This document shows, in pieces, positions 1 to 12,400 of a stretch of DNA of 64,000 nucleotides. Positions within the stretch are counted from its first letter, which is position 1. Every line of letters starts with the position of its first letter. The stretch is taken from NCBI GenBank assembly GCA_030390025.1, contig CM059432.1:120158001-120222000 (forward strand), read 5' to 3'. The notes under the pieces are model-generated. The model searched no databases and was not told the DNA's origin. It saw nothing but the letters and a program-made list of their open reading frames with translations. This DNA comes from Squalus acanthias (Eukaryota). Position numbers and translations under genes: made by a program.

Positions 1-532
1 TATTTAATTGTTCTGCCATTTCTTTGTTCCCCATTATAAATTCCCCTGATTCTGACTTCACCAATCTTTTTCTCTTCACATATCTATAGAAGCTTTTACA
101 GTCAATTTTTATGTTCCCTGCAAGCTTACTCTCATGCTCTATTTTCCCCCTCTTAATTAATCCCTTTGTCCTCCTTTGCTGAATCCTAAACTGCTCCCAA
201 TCCTCAGGTTTGCTGCTTTTTCTGGCCAATTTATATGTCCTCTCCTTGGATCTTATGCTATCCCTAATTTTCCTTGTTAGTCACGGTTGAGTCACCTTTT
301 TTGTTTTATTTTTATGCCAAACAGGGATGAACAAATTCTGTAGTTCATCCATGCGATCTTTAAATGTTTGCCATTGCCTATCCACCATCAACCCTTTAAG
401 TAACATTCCCCAATCCATCCTAGCCAACTCGCGCCTCATACCATCGTAGTTTCCTTTATTTAAATTCAGTACCCTAGTCTCTGAGTCAACTATTACTTCA
501 CTCTCCATCTTAATGAAGAATTCTATCATATT
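1..532 (-). mobile_element. CR1-clade LINE ORF2 fragment (region between endonuclease and RT), runs off window start
   Basis: Minus-strand peptide DSETRVLNLNKGNYDGMRRELARMDW...WQTFKDRMDELQNLFIP...QP resembles the same region of the CR1 copy at 37187-37420 (IKVLNWGKADFNMIRQDLAKVDW). Confidence 0.8.
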
Positions 533-1276
533 GGGCCGAAAATTGATCCCGCGACGCGAGAGTACGCACTGCGTACTCTCGCGTATTCCCACTCCAATTG
601 CCGGTTTTCTGCATGCCCTGCGCATGCGCTGAAAACCGGCAATTGCTCTTCCGAAAAGGGGGCGTGGCTTGAGTGCATCGCGTGCGCGCTACAGGCTGCG
701 CGCACGCTGTGCACTTCATGCTTTGGACGCGCAGGTAAGTAGGGAAGATTTTGGAAATGTAAAAAGGAGGAGTAAGACCCGCTTTTAAGAAGGTAAGTAG
801 TGAATTAAGTATTTTTTTGAATTTTTTTTTACAGGTATATCTTTTTTATAGACTTTAAAGACAGGTAAGTTTATTTTTATAACTTTTTAAAAGATTTTAA
901 ATTTTTTCAAAAATTTAATTTTTTATTTAAAATGGTTAATTTAATTAACTATACTTATTTTATTAATGTGATGGGGTTTTTTTTAAATTTAATTGAGGTT
1001 TAGCTGTTATTTTGGGGGGGTGTAAGATTCATAAGTCTCACAGCCATGCTGTGAGACTTATGAATGGAAGATGGTGTGCTGCCATTGGCTCTAACTGAGT
1101 CACGTGATCCCACAGCTCGCACGAATTAACTACGCCGCTGGGATACGCAAGCCCAGCACAGCTGATGTCTGGAACATCAATTTCGTGCGAGCTGGATCAG
1201 AAAAAGCATAAGCGAGGTGAGACATCGCGGGGAAGGCTTACCCACGCGGGAACAGAGCAAGATCAATTTCTGGGCC
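533..1276. mobile_element. Non-autonomous PIF/Harbinger-type MITE, CpG-rich and hairpin-rich
   Basis: TIRs GGGCCGAAAATTGATC and (reverse complement) GGCCCAGAAATTGATC, 13/16 identical; 3-bp TSD ATT at 530-532 and 1277-1279; no coding capacity. Confidence 0.7.
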
Positions 1277-2172
1277 ATTATGCACATGGAATTTCTGATG
1301 CATTGTACAAATCCCTACTCAATGCATTTTATTCTTTTTGATTATTCTGGCAAAATGAAGTACTTTATTTTACCCCTTTTTAAAAAACATAGAATTATTA
1401 TAATTGAAAAATGAGTACATTATCTGCCCCAAAAATGCTGCTCATAGGATTTTTAAATTCAAGCACTGAAAACAATTGAACTGCATATTACATTACCTCC
1501 TATCACAGGAATATTTGCAGGATGTGGCTTCATATTATGGGGATTGTGAATTAGCTTACACTGATGTTTTTTTTACGCACCTAGGAGAAGTACAACTCTC
1601 ATATCTAACTACCGTATGTTGATTAAGAGTAAAAAAGAAGACATATTAATGTCAGGGGTGCAATTAAAAAGTGAGTAGACAGCATGTTGTTAAAATGCAA
1701 ATTGAAATTAGTATTCAGATGCTGGAGGTGTTACTTTGTTAATAATTTCAGGTACCATAGGGTATAGTCAAATTATATTTTACTGTTTAGATAGAGCATT
1801 ATTAAGTTTTCATTATTAACTTTTCAGGTTAGATCCTGCGGTTGTTGTAATATAATGAGACTATAAACAGGTTCCATATGTTGCAATCATCTTTTAAATT
1901 GGGAAAGTAGCAAGACCTTATTGTTTCTGAGCTTGCACAGCAATTAATGATAGCTGGACTTTTGTATGGGACTGATAGCAAACCTATGTGCAATAAAATA
2001 TGGACTTCCACATTAGGCCTGTACAAGAAATTACATCTGAGTTTTCATGATTTGCATTTTATTAATCTGCATTTCTCTCAAAATTGTATTCCTATACTGT
2101 GGCTCACTAATGTAATGTCAGGCAGTTCACTTCTGACTGTAATTGAGCTTCAGTGCCACATGGCAAAAAAAA

Positions 2173-2922
2173 TGACCTGGAATTTGCTGAACGACATTAT
2201 GAATGTGTAAATCGCCCAGCAACTTGTGGCAAGAAAGAGATACCCTATGATTTGCGAATTGCCACAAGTTGCTGGATGCTTTGCGTTGCTCTGTCATTAG
2301 CTTTGCGAAAATAGCATTTCGCCCTTAACCTCCTTGTGAATTTCATGATGTTGCTGCATTTGGACATTAATTGCCCATTAAACTCGCCATGGAAAGTTAA
2401 GTCTAGTAATTAATACCATAAGTACCCTTTTAACGATGTGATAATTGTTAATGACTGCCAATCAACCTCTCTGGCCTAGAAAGTGAACAATTAAAAGTGT
2501 GGAGTGTCATTCCTTCAGGTAATGAATTGTTGTGGGAGATTTTAAAAATGTCAAATTTTAAATTATTTTTTTCTTACTTTTCCTGTCTCTTTTATCTCTC
2601 TCTCTCTCTCTCTCCCAATGCAATATTCCTTTCTCTCTCTTTGTTTCTCTTTCTGTACCTGATTTGACATTGAATTCACTCTAATTCACCCGCCTTCTCA
2701 GTCCTTCCTCTGTTTACTTTCAATCCTTAAATCTCATTGGTTAAGGAGATACACTGTTGGTCCCAGCATTCACCAAGGTCCCAGATGCCACAGTGCCCTC
2801 GCCATACTGTTATCAGCTCGCACTTCCAGTAATGTACAGGGCAAAAAGATTTTAAGCTGAAGGGTGCAGGACAAAGTCTAACTAACCTGGCATACCAAAA
2901 GATGCCCAGGACCAGCAAATTC
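2173..2922. mobile_element. Older TIR element (Harbinger-like MITE); right TIR split by a CR1 insertion, remainder at about 5103-5110
   Basis: Left end GACCTGGAATTTGCTG; right end reconstructs as CAGCAAATTC (2913-2922) + TGGGCCC (5104-5110); internal perfect 17-bp inverted repeat at 2216-2232/2259-2275. Confidence 0.5.
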
Positions 2923-5102
2923 ATAGAATCTTAGAAACTTACAGCACAGAAGGAGGCTTTTACACCCATCGTACCTGTGCTGGCTTTTTGAAAGAGCAGT
3001 TGTGCTCAGTCCCACACCCCCTCTTTTTGTCCGTACCCCTGTAAGTTCCTCATCCTCAAGTACCTGTCCAACTGCCTTTTAAAATTATTTATGGAATCAG
3101 CTTCCACCACCTTTTCAGGTAGAACATTCCAAATCCCGACAACTCTCTGAGTGAAATAAAATCTCCTCATCTCCCCTCTAGATCTTTTGCCAATGCTTTT
3201 GAATCTATGACCTCTGGTTACTGACCCACTCACCAGAGGGAATAGTTTTTCTCTATCTATGCTATCAAAACCTCTCATCAGCTTGAAAACCTCTATTAGG
3301 TCACTTCTTAACCTTCCCTGTTCCAAGGAGAATAGTCCTAACTTTTCCTACCTAACTGAAGTCCCTCATCCCTGGTAACATCCTGGTAAACCTCCTCTGT
3401 ACCCTTTCTAAGGCCTTTACACCTTTCCTGAAGTGTGGTGCCCAGAATTGTCCACAATACTCCAGCTGAGGCCTAACCAGTGATTTATAAAGTTCTAGCA
3501 TGATTTCTTTGTATTCTACTGCTCTATTTATAAACCCAAGTAACCTATAGGCTTTTTAACTACCTTATCAACTTGACCTGCCACCTTTAAGGATTTGTGT
3601 TTTCGGACATCAAGGTCTCTCTGCTCATCTGCATATTTCAAAATCGTGCCATTTATACTGTCTTTCCACATTAGTCCTCCCAAAGTGCATCACTTCACAC
3701 TTCTTCACATTGAACTCCATCTGCCATACCTCTGCCCATTTCACCATCCTGTCTATGTCATCCTGAAGCCGATAAATATCCTCATCACTATCTATTACTT
3801 TGCCAAGTTTTGTATCATCTGCAAACTTTATAATGCTGCTCCCTACACCTGAGTCTAGTTAGTTTATAAAAATTGGAAACAGTAATGGACCCAAAGCTGA
3901 CCCTTGTGGACACCACTACAAACCACCTCCCAGTCTGAAAAACATCCCTCCACCACCACCCTTTGCTTCCTGTCACTGAGCCAATTTGGTATCTATACCA
4001 CTACTTTCCCCTTAATTCCATGGCTTCCATTGTTTTAATAAGCCTCCTGTGTGGCACTTTGCTGAATGTCTTCTGAAAGTCCATGGGGGCGAAATTGGGC
4101 TCTGTAGTGCCCTTTTTATGGGCACTACGAGGCATCTTAAACTACCAAATTGGCGTCCGCGACAAGCCTGCGCACTTCCTCCGAGAAGTACGCTGGCCAC
4201 CATATTTATAAATGGTTTTGCGTGCGCGCACCTAACGACCGCCGGCAGCATGCAGAGCAGGCTGTTCATGATCTCAGTCAGCTTGTAACGCTGATTTGAC
4301 GCCAGTGCTGCCATTTTGCAGCTCCATGCCCCAGCCTACGCCCTCTCTTAACCTCTCACAGCTGAACACAACGTTAAATGGCATGAAGGACCCCCTCAGT
4401 GCTATCTAAAGGTTAGTTGCTGGATTATTTCTTCTGGCTGTTGCAGCATTTCTACATGTTTTGGGTGCTTTTCATACTTGCTTAAAATTTCAATAGTCTA
4501 CAGGGAGTGTTTTGACTGGTGCTGAAGTTCTTCTTTGGTGGCTTAAAGGCTTGTGCACAAATTAGTTGCTTCAATACATGGGTAGCCAAGTACCTTCCTC
4601 TTGGCATTCAACATGACTGGGAGAATGAGTAGAGGCCACACAGTGCAGGACAAGCGGCTAGAAGAGGGAGGAGGCATTTCTGTGTGCCTTCCGGTGAGCT
4701 GGCACCTGCGCTCTCCCCCATATATAACCCCCATATATATAACATTTACCTCATCAAAGAATCCAATCAAGTTAGTCAGTCATGATTTGCCTTTAACAAA
4801 TCCATGCTGGTGCTCCTTGATTAACCCATGCCTTTCCAAATGAAAGTTTATTTTGTCCCTGATAATGGTTTCCAATAACTTCCCCACCACTGACGTTAGG
4901 CTGACTGATCAGTAATTTCCTGGCTTTTCCCTCTCCCCTTTCTTGAATAGTGATATAACATTAGCAACCGTCCAGTCCTTCGGCACCACTCCTGTATCCA
5001 ATGAGGATTGAAAAATTGTGACCAATGCCTCTGCTATTTCTACCTTTGCTTCTTTCAGCAACCTAGGATCCATTCCATCCGGACCATGTGACTTACCAAC
5101 TT
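2921..5102 (-). mobile_element. 5'-truncated, decayed CR1/HER1-type LINE (RT to 3' tail), interrupted by a Harbinger fragment at 4085-4718
   Basis: Peptides GPDGMDPRLLKE...DWTVANVISLFKKGEREKPGNY and RLRSDLIEVFKLMRG...FTQRVVGIWNVLP; CATAGAAT-type tail repeat at the left end. Confidence 0.9.
4085..4718 (+). mobile_element. Harbinger left-end derivative, truncated
   Basis: Begins GGGGGCGAAATTGGG and is co-linear with the left ends of 20045-25401 and 7006-8044; flanked by CAT on both sides inside the CR1; no clear right TIR. Confidence 0.65.
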
Positions 5103-5607
5103 CTGGGCCCATAACAGATCCATACATCTGTTCCAATTGACAAATAAAGCAAAATTAGGAGGGCCGAGCATTGGAATTGCTAGAAGAAAAAAAGACCAAG
5201 GTCCATCTATTTTGCCTTCTACCATCCTGCTAGTCCCATGATACAATGATAATGGAATTATCAACTAATCACGGCAATCAATCTCTATCAATTATTTATT
5301 TTGCACAGGCCTCGTGTAGAAAATATATCTTGGAGAAAACGATATAGTCTTAAACAGTCATACTTACATTGTTGTAATGAGAAAAGTATTGTCTTGATCT
5401 AAGTCTGTTTCACCTTATAAGCAAAATAATACTTATTGATTTATATCCTGAGGGTACAAATCACTCTATTTTCTTTTCCCACTCTCCTGGTTCATTCATC
5501 CTTCAGCTCAGTGAAGAGAGCAGGGAGGCACCTTGCTTCTAGCTCTCTGCCAATCCTGCTCTTAGCTAGAGCAACCCAGTGGGGAAACATTTGGCCTTCA
5601 CTCAACA

Positions 5608-6025
5608 TGAAGCTGGGGTTGTTCTCCTTGGAGCAGAGAAGATTGAGAGGAGATTTGATAGAGGTGTTCAAAATCATGAGGGGTCTGGACAGAGTAGATA
5701 GAGAGAAACTGTTCCCATTGGCAGAAGGGTCGAGGACCAGAGGACACAGATTTAAGGTGATTGGCAAAAGAACCAAAGGCAACGTAAGAAAAAACTTTTT
5801 TACGCAGCGAGTGGTTAAGATCTGGAATGCACTGCCTGAAAGGGTGGTGGAGGCAGACTCAATCTTATCTTTCAAAAGGGAGTTGGATAAGTATCTGAAG
5901 GAAAAAAAATTGCAGGGCTACAGGGAAAGGGCTGGGGCGTGGGACTAGCTGAGAGTCAACACAGGCTCGACGGGCCAAATGGCCTTCTTCTGTGCTGTAA
6001 CCATTCTATGATTCTATGATTCTAT
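5608..6025 (+). mobile_element. CR1 LINE 3' end, 5'-truncated
   Basis: KLGLFSLEQRRLRGDLIEVFKIMRG...FFTQRVVKIWNALP...FKRELDKYL, followed by an (ATTCTATG)n tail. Confidence 0.92.
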
Positions 6026-6169
6026 CTCACTGGAGTGATGTGGCTGAGATATATGTGACTCAATAGTGTGCAAAGCCATGGACAAAAACAATATATCGCC
6101 CACTCACTGGCAATGTATTCTGGACACCAAAGTGCTGCACCCCCTTTTTTTAACCTGGAGTATTTATTT

Positions 6170-6431
6170 TTTTATTATTCGTCCTGGGATGTGGGTGTCG
6201 CTGGCAAGGCCAGCATTTATTGCCCATCCCTATTTGCTCTTGAGGTGGTGAGCCGCCTTCTTGAGCCACCTTCTTGAACCACTGCAGTCCATGTGGTGAA
6301 GGTGCTCCCATAGTGCTGTTAGGTAGTGAGTTCCAGGATTTTGACTCAGCAATGATGGAGGAACGGCAATATATTTCCAAGACAGGATGGTGTGTAACTT
6401 GGAGGGAAACATGCAGGTGTTGGTGTTCCCA
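6170..6431 (-). mobile_element. 3' end of a second CR1/L2-group LINE family
   Basis: Peptide WEHQHLHVSLQVTHHPVLEIYCRSSIIAESKSWNSLP...LQWFKK; same sequence at 30800-31070 (+); 3' tail shared with the SINE at 21124-21544. Confidence 0.7.
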
Positions 6432-7005
6432 TTTAATTGTTGTGTAAAACACTTTTTTATGTATAAAAAAAATTGTCAGAATATATTATAGGAATACATC
6501 TGAACATTGTTTTGGATCCATAGGATACTGTCCAAGGAATGCTTGCTAAAGATGGAATCTGCCATGAGGGGCTGGGTAGTAATAAAATCTTCAATTGTAA
6601 TAGGATTTTTTAAAAGTCTTTTGTAAGAAGATATAATGATATACAGTTCACATATAATAAAGTAAACACTATTAATAGATTATAATGAGGTGTGTGTTTT
6701 ATTTTTCAGGTACCTAACAAAAAATAAAACACACAAAAGTAATTAGATTTTTCAATTCAAACATCATGTTGAAGAAGATAACAACTGAACAGGAAATGCA
6801 TCTATTGATAGATTCCAGTAATTTTTCGTATTAGTTAGTCAGAGACAGCCCTGGGTATGATGTTATAGGGGAGCTTAGTAAAAGTGAAAAATAGTTTTCT
6901 AAAACAATACCGAGTGTGTCCCTGTGTAAAACGTACACAATAAGGAACAATGGAATACCCAATAGTGCAGGAAACTCGATAGCTGACGATTTATGAAGAC
7001 ACTCT

Positions 7006-8044
7006 GGCCGCGAAATTCAGCTCCTTAGCGTCGGTAGTTTTGGCCGTTTTTTGTAAAAAAAAAATGGCACTCTCCTCGCTTCCGCCCACTTCTGGCGTGG
7101 CCCATGCTGCTCGCCATCTTGGTGAGGGCTATCGCGCAGGTGGTACGTGCGTGCGCCGGTAATATGCAGAGTAGGCAGATCGTGACGTCAGTCAGCGTGT
7201 AATGCTGATTTGACGCACGACCTGCCATTTTCGACATTGCCGCTCCATTCAACGCCCTCTCCTAAACACGTACAACTGAATGTGTTTTCAGCTGCAGGAA
7301 GGACCCCCCCACCAGTGCTACTTAAAGGGCTACATCCAACTTGCAGGTAAGTTGATTATTGCTTTTCTACTGGGTCTTGCAGAGTTTGTCAGAGTATTGT
7401 GTTACTGGAAGAGATTTAAAAAGTTGTTAAACTGTTCAGGGAGTGCTGCTGGTCATTGGGAAGGCGTTGGCTCCTACTGTCCTCTGAGTACACCACTTGC
7501 TCCCAGTCAAGGGGGCTCTAGTTGCAGTCCCCCTTGCGCTGCAGCATGACAGGGAGATGGAGCAGAGGCAGAAGAGAAGTCAAGCTGCTCGCAGAGGGAG
7601 GAGGAGGAGGGGGAGGAGGGCTCTCAGTAGAAGGCCTTACCCACCTAGGGTCTTCTCCGTTCTACCCCCTGCACTAAGGCATCCAGTGCAGCGTCGGAGA
7701 ACCTAAGTGCAATTTGTCTGCCCTGTTGAGCCATAACTGGCAAAAAGTTGCCTTGACAACCAGGTCACTGAGCTGCTCAATTCAGCATGTACTTCCCCTT
7801 TAAGAGGTGCAGACTGCATTTAAAAGTGGAGACTAGCTTTAAATAGAGCTAGCCTCACATGAACTTCAGCCCCCTGTTGAGCACTCAACCACTCAGCAGC
7901 ACACTCAGCACTGGGCTGCCCACATCAATAATGTTAATTAGCAGTCAGCACGAATGCTGCGTGCTGCCTGCACTGCTTTCAACGGGCGCGGGCCCGCATT
8001 GCGATCCCCGCGTCCGTTTTCGGGCCTAATTGGATTTTTAGCCC
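7006..8044 (+). mobile_element. Internally deleted Harbinger: left end and nuclease start fused to right end
   Basis: Degenerate TIRs GGCCGCGAAATTCA / GGGCTAAAAATCCA; TCT on both flanks; encodes RRGRRRRGRRALSRRPYPPRVF like the nuclease N-terminus near 20630; right end co-linear with 25140-25401. Confidence 0.8.
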
Positions 8045-8077
8045 TCTGTGTTTTCTGAGGTATAGTCTACTTCTATG

Positions 8078-8237
8078 AAAGAGCAATTTTGCGAAACTCC
8101 ACTCCCAGTGTGGAGCCTCGCTCGATGGGAGCCCGGGTAAGAGATAGAGCTATAATACAAAAGGGCTAATTCTTTGACCCACACTCCCATCTCTTGAGAC
8201 TCCACGTCAGGAGTGGAGTCTCGTAATATGATTTCTC
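8078..8237. mobile_element. Small fold-back element (probable old MITE)
   Basis: Imperfect arms of about 55 bp: GCGAAACTCCACTCCCAGTGTGGAGCCTCG...GATGGGAG versus CTCCCATC...GAGACTCCACGTCAGGAGTGGAGTCTCGT. Confidence 0.4.
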
Positions 8238-9144
8238 TATGTTTTTAGCCATAATTTTCCACAAATAATTAATTCCATTTTCATGAGGATGATTTGAAAT
8301 GATGGAGGAAACTTTAAATTCTCTCCGCAGTGATAAGTGACCTGCCTGTTTCCCATTTTCTTGAGTGATTGTCCACTAATTCAAAGGCCTTCAAAATTCA
8401 AGAAGCTACAATGACATGATTCAATATAAAGAAGAAAATACAAAATACCTTTTAAAATTTGACGTTGGCCAATGTACATGTTAAAAAAGAAAAAAAATCT
8501 GATGCTCTGGGGGTTACAGTGCTGCAGAGCAGATTTTAACTGTATATCACTGCTATAAAGGGCTTGAATACAGCAGATTTATGGCAATAGAGAAATGGAG
8601 TTCATCAGAATCCAGAGAGTGTGGTGCAGTCCATTACACTATGACAATCATGTTTTATTTTCTGTAATATATATATACTCTTTTTTTTGTCATCTGCTAG
8701 TTTCATGCTGAGCCTTCTAGTTGGCATTTTTTAACACACTGATGTTGCCAGTGTTCATCATAATTCAACAGTTTCTACAGTTCTTCATTCGAAGGGAGAA
8801 CACTCAAAAAAGAGGAGGATGAAAATCCTTTTGAGAATAGGACTTTGGGGTTAATGAAATGTCTGGAAATATTTTAAATGTCACTTCACAGCGTCACCCA
8901 GCTGGAGAGAAAACCATGCGTCATGAGACTTCCTCTTGAGGTGGTCGTATGTCATTTCTCCGAGTGCAGTTCAAGTGACTTCATCCATGACTGACTCCAC
9001 ATTTCCATCAATGTGGATCTGAAATCATATCACATTGATGCAAACTAGGCAGCATAGCTGGGCCTATAGCTCTCAAATAATTCAACATATCCAAGATTTT
9101 ATTGTATTTAAAAAAAAAGATTGCTAGGCATTCCTGATGACTCT

Positions 9145-9324
9145 GGGGGTAAGGTTCACATTTGGCGCAGGCCTAGAACTGGTGGTGGCAGATCAGCCAC
9201 CTGTTATTCATCGTGCCTGATTTTACTTTTGATTTAAGTCGATGAAAAGGAAAACCAGGCAGGAACTATAACGAAAGGTCAATCCACAACCGCCAATTGT
9301 CCGCCAAAAGTGAAAATCACCCCC
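9145..9324. mobile_element. Short Harbinger-like MITE
   Basis: Ends GGGGGTAAGGTTCAC and (reverse complement) GGGGGTGATTTTCAC; TSD not preserved. Confidence 0.45.
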
Positions 9325-9621
9325 ATAGAATTTATCAAGCGAGCAGCTGAGCCTTTCAAACCTGGAAGATCCCAGCTTTCATTCCCCAGTCTGTGATGAG
9401 TAAGCTAGTTTAATGATAAAAGGACTACAATTAACCTCAGTGCCTCAGAGTTCTGCAGGGCAAAATCATTCAGGGTTCCAGCTTCCTGATCACTCTCCAG
9501 TGACCTCTGGTGAAGGAGCAGATTTATGGACATCAGGGAAGGAGAGTAGTGATTCCCCAATCGAATAAAGAGCTGAAACTCGGAGCCTGAAATTCTTTGG
9601 TTGAGGGATAGCAGAAAACTG

Positions 9622-11663
9622 GGCCGCGATTTTGCCGGCGCTCAGAGTGCGTGTTCGGAGGCGGGTCCACTGTCAAAATCGAAATGATTGACAGCAGTTT
9701 GGGAACCCGCTCCGATTCCGCCTCCATGTAAGTTTCCAAAGTGTCGGGCCAGAACAGACCCGACACCAAGCGACAGGGGAGGCATTTAAGCTATGCTTGT
9801 TAAACATTTGTTAACTACTATTTTGCCAGCCTTTTTCTATTTTCCCACTTTTTTAATGGGCTTCGCATCGTTCGGAGATCACGTCAGGTAAGTAGGTCGG
9901 GTTCTCTATGTCTCCCCATTGCTGTGAATAGGTGACAGCTGTAAAAGTGGTATGAAAGCTACCATTTCACATCTGGTCACTTTCCAATATCAGAAGCTTG
10001 GAAGACACTTTTGAGCTTCATGCAATTTGGAAGTGTTTGGAGTAAACTCTCAATCCACTGTCACCTTCTTCCTCTTTTAATGTAAAACCAATCAATTATC
10101 TGTAACTAAATAAAACTTTAAAGGAAACTTAACAAATCAAATTAAAATTTGGTAGTCCGGGGTGACGATGCACTCCAGTCCCCGCGGCGCCCACCGGTCG
10201 CGGAAAAAACTCAAGCGTGCCGGCGGACACCGCGTGCTCCATCTCCAGGGCCACCCGGGCGCGAACATGGCCGCGGAAGAGAGGCAGGCAATCGGGCCGA
10301 ACGACCCCCTCGACCGCCCGCTGCCTGGACCAATTAATGGCTTTCTTAGCCCTGTCACCTTCTTGGAACAACCTATCTCAAAAATGACAGATCGCTTCTG
10401 TCATCTCAACTTCAGCTGCCATCTATTCCATCAACATCGGTGCCCTTGAAAAAATCTCACCTTGGTCCTCAGAATCTCTCCACAATCAGCCCCAACACCA
10501 ACATCACTAACAACATCACTAACCTTCTCCGCAATCACCTGATGCTGCACAGGACACAGGGCATCAGCACCCGACAACATTGCTACCCAGGAGGCCAACA
10601 ATGGCATTACCATGGCCAGATTTATTTCACTTGATGCTGTATACCCTGGCTGCCACATGATGTGTCAGGTTGACACCACCCCACACCAGCACCATAAAGC
10701 ATCCCTACAATGCCCAAGCCATTACTTTCACACTCATCATAATTGGGGGTGGGGCGGGGGTGGGTTGGTAAGTTATGTCTCACCATTCACTGGAACTCAC
10801 TAAGACACTTCCAAAGGTGAGCATAGGTCTGTCCAATAAGCTAATGTGTTGAAAATATAGATTTCAATGTTTGACAACATATTAACAGAAACTTCACATG
10901 AACATTGGCTAAACCACCCAGGTGCCTACCCTTGTGTGTTGTTAGTTCGTATGCTTGCAGTAGGTTGAGGGTGAGTGTGAGGGGTGGCTAGTGAGATGGG
11001 GAATTGATAATGTAGATAGAGAGGGATGGGTGGAGGTGCAAGGTAAGTTAGTGTGAGTAAAGATGTGCAGGAGTAGGATAGGGAAGGCAGAGTGATGTGG
11101 ATGTGATGAGTGGCACATCAGGATGAGGTTGAGTGTGGCTTTGCAGTAACGTTTCGTGATCTGTTCAGATCATTGAAAGGTTTGCGCCACTGCAGCCTGT
11201 TTCTCCTGATGACATCCCTGCTTCTGCCCTCCTGTGCAATGTGCAACCAGGATGCGTTGGTGTCCTGGGGAGGTGTCTTCCGCCCATGGGAAGCGAAGAA
11301 AATCTCCCTGCGTGCTGTGAATCCCTCCATAAGCATATGGAGGGAGTCATGGGAGAGCCTGGGTGCAGCCGTGCACCTTTGTGCAGTGCTTGTCAGTGTT
11401 TGTAGCACCTCAATGCTGTAGAGTACTGACAGCAGAACTGTCAAGATCAATTTGGACATGGTCCCTTTAAGGAAACCGGCCGATGACGCGTCATCAAATG
11501 ATGTCACCATACTCGCTTCCTATTAATTGGCTGGGAATTTCGCAGGGCGGGCTTAACAAGCCCAATCAACGAAAAATCGCTTGGAGAGTGCAGGCTGCAG
11601 TAGGCAGCGGGCTAGGACCGCGACACCAACCCCGGACCCGCCTCGGTCGGCGAAATCGCGGCC
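9622..11663 (+). mobile_element. Non-autonomous Harbinger with Myb/SANT-like remnant (copy 1)
   Basis: TIRs GGCCGCGATTTTGCC / GGCCGCGATTTCGCC; TSD CTG at 9619-9621 and 11664-11666; minus-strand remnant APRLSHDSLHMLMEG...WLHIAQE...LQWRKPFNDL; co-linear with 26122-27876 in opposite orientation. Confidence 0.88.
10071..10351 (-). mobile_element. 5'-truncated Tx1/L1-clade LINE 3' end
   Basis: 13-bp TSD CTGTCACCTTCTT at 10058-10070 and 10352-10364; ORF2 C-terminus AKKAINWSRQRAVEGVVRPDCLPLFRGHVRARVALE...FRDRWAPRGLECIVTPDYQILI* (with a frameshift); empty site in the paralogue near 27397-27412. Confidence 0.8.
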
Positions 11664-11915
11664 CTGGAGTTTTGCCCATGAGGAGTGTGAGGGGTGGAGA
11701 ATCTGGGGAGGAACCCAGATCTGCCGAGCTTCCATCTCATTAGCCCAACATTCGAAAGCCTGATTGGGAGGGAGAAGGGTGGTTGTGAACATCCAGCCGT
11801 TCCCTCCCATGTCCAGGCAGCATTTTAGGGTAATATTTGGGAGCGCTCCTGGCCATTCCTGGGAAATCCGCTCAGCTCACCCCTCTTAAACTCAGTGGAG
11901 CCCACTCTTCCTGAG

Positions 11916-12037
11916 AACAACAATAACAACTTGCATTTATATAGTGTCTTTAACATAGTAAAATGTCCCAAGGCGCCTTAGAGGCGTGTAATCAAACAAA
12001 ATTTGACGCTGAGCCACATAAGGGGATATTAGGATAG
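11916..12037 (-). mobile_element. L2-clade LINE 3' end (part 1; host of the Penelope insertion)
   Basis: (AAC)n-like tail followed by TTGCATTTATATAG; co-linear with the uninterrupted copy at 37884-38386. Confidence 0.75.
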
Positions 12038-12126
12038 CAAAATACTGTGGATGCTGGAAATCCGAAATAACAACAGAAAACGCTGGAAAAACTCAGCAGG
12101 CCAGGCAGCATCCGTGGAGAGAGAAA

Positions 12127-12168
12127 CAGAGTTAACGTTTCAGGTCGAAGATCCTTCGTCAGAACTGG
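12127..12168 (-). ncRNA. Minimal type I hammerhead ribozyme motif in the inverted pLTR
   Basis: Minus strand reads ccAGTT-CTGACGA-AGGATCTTCGACCT-GAAA-CGTT-AACTctg: intact CUGANGA/GAAA core, stem II hairpin, palindromic ACGT stem III, AGTT/AACT stem I. Confidence 0.7.
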
Positions 12169-12400
12169 AAAAAAGCAGGAAATGAAATAGATTTAAAGCA
12201 ATTATAATGCTGGGAAAAGGGAAAGGGGATGAAAGAACAAAAGGGAAGGTCAGTGGTAGGATAGAAAGCAGGAGAGATTAAGAGACATGGAGAGACATTA
12301 AGAGATATTCAAGGCAAGAGGAGGTGGTAATGTGACAGGTTGAGGCTAGATGAAGTGTGAAATGCGTTGGCGGAATGAAGGACAGCTGCCAGCTTCAGGG

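Noticed and set aside
8970..9030. Minus-strand candidate terminal exon IHIDGNVESVMDEVT*
   Set aside because: Too short, weak polypyrimidine tract and no recognisable homology.
9340..9545. Degenerate SINE/LINE-like fragments here and at about 5170-5290, 18480-18730, 19785-20010, plus a possible MITE at 37492-37768
   Set aside because: Probably old repeats, but too decayed to assign a family or boundaries by eye.
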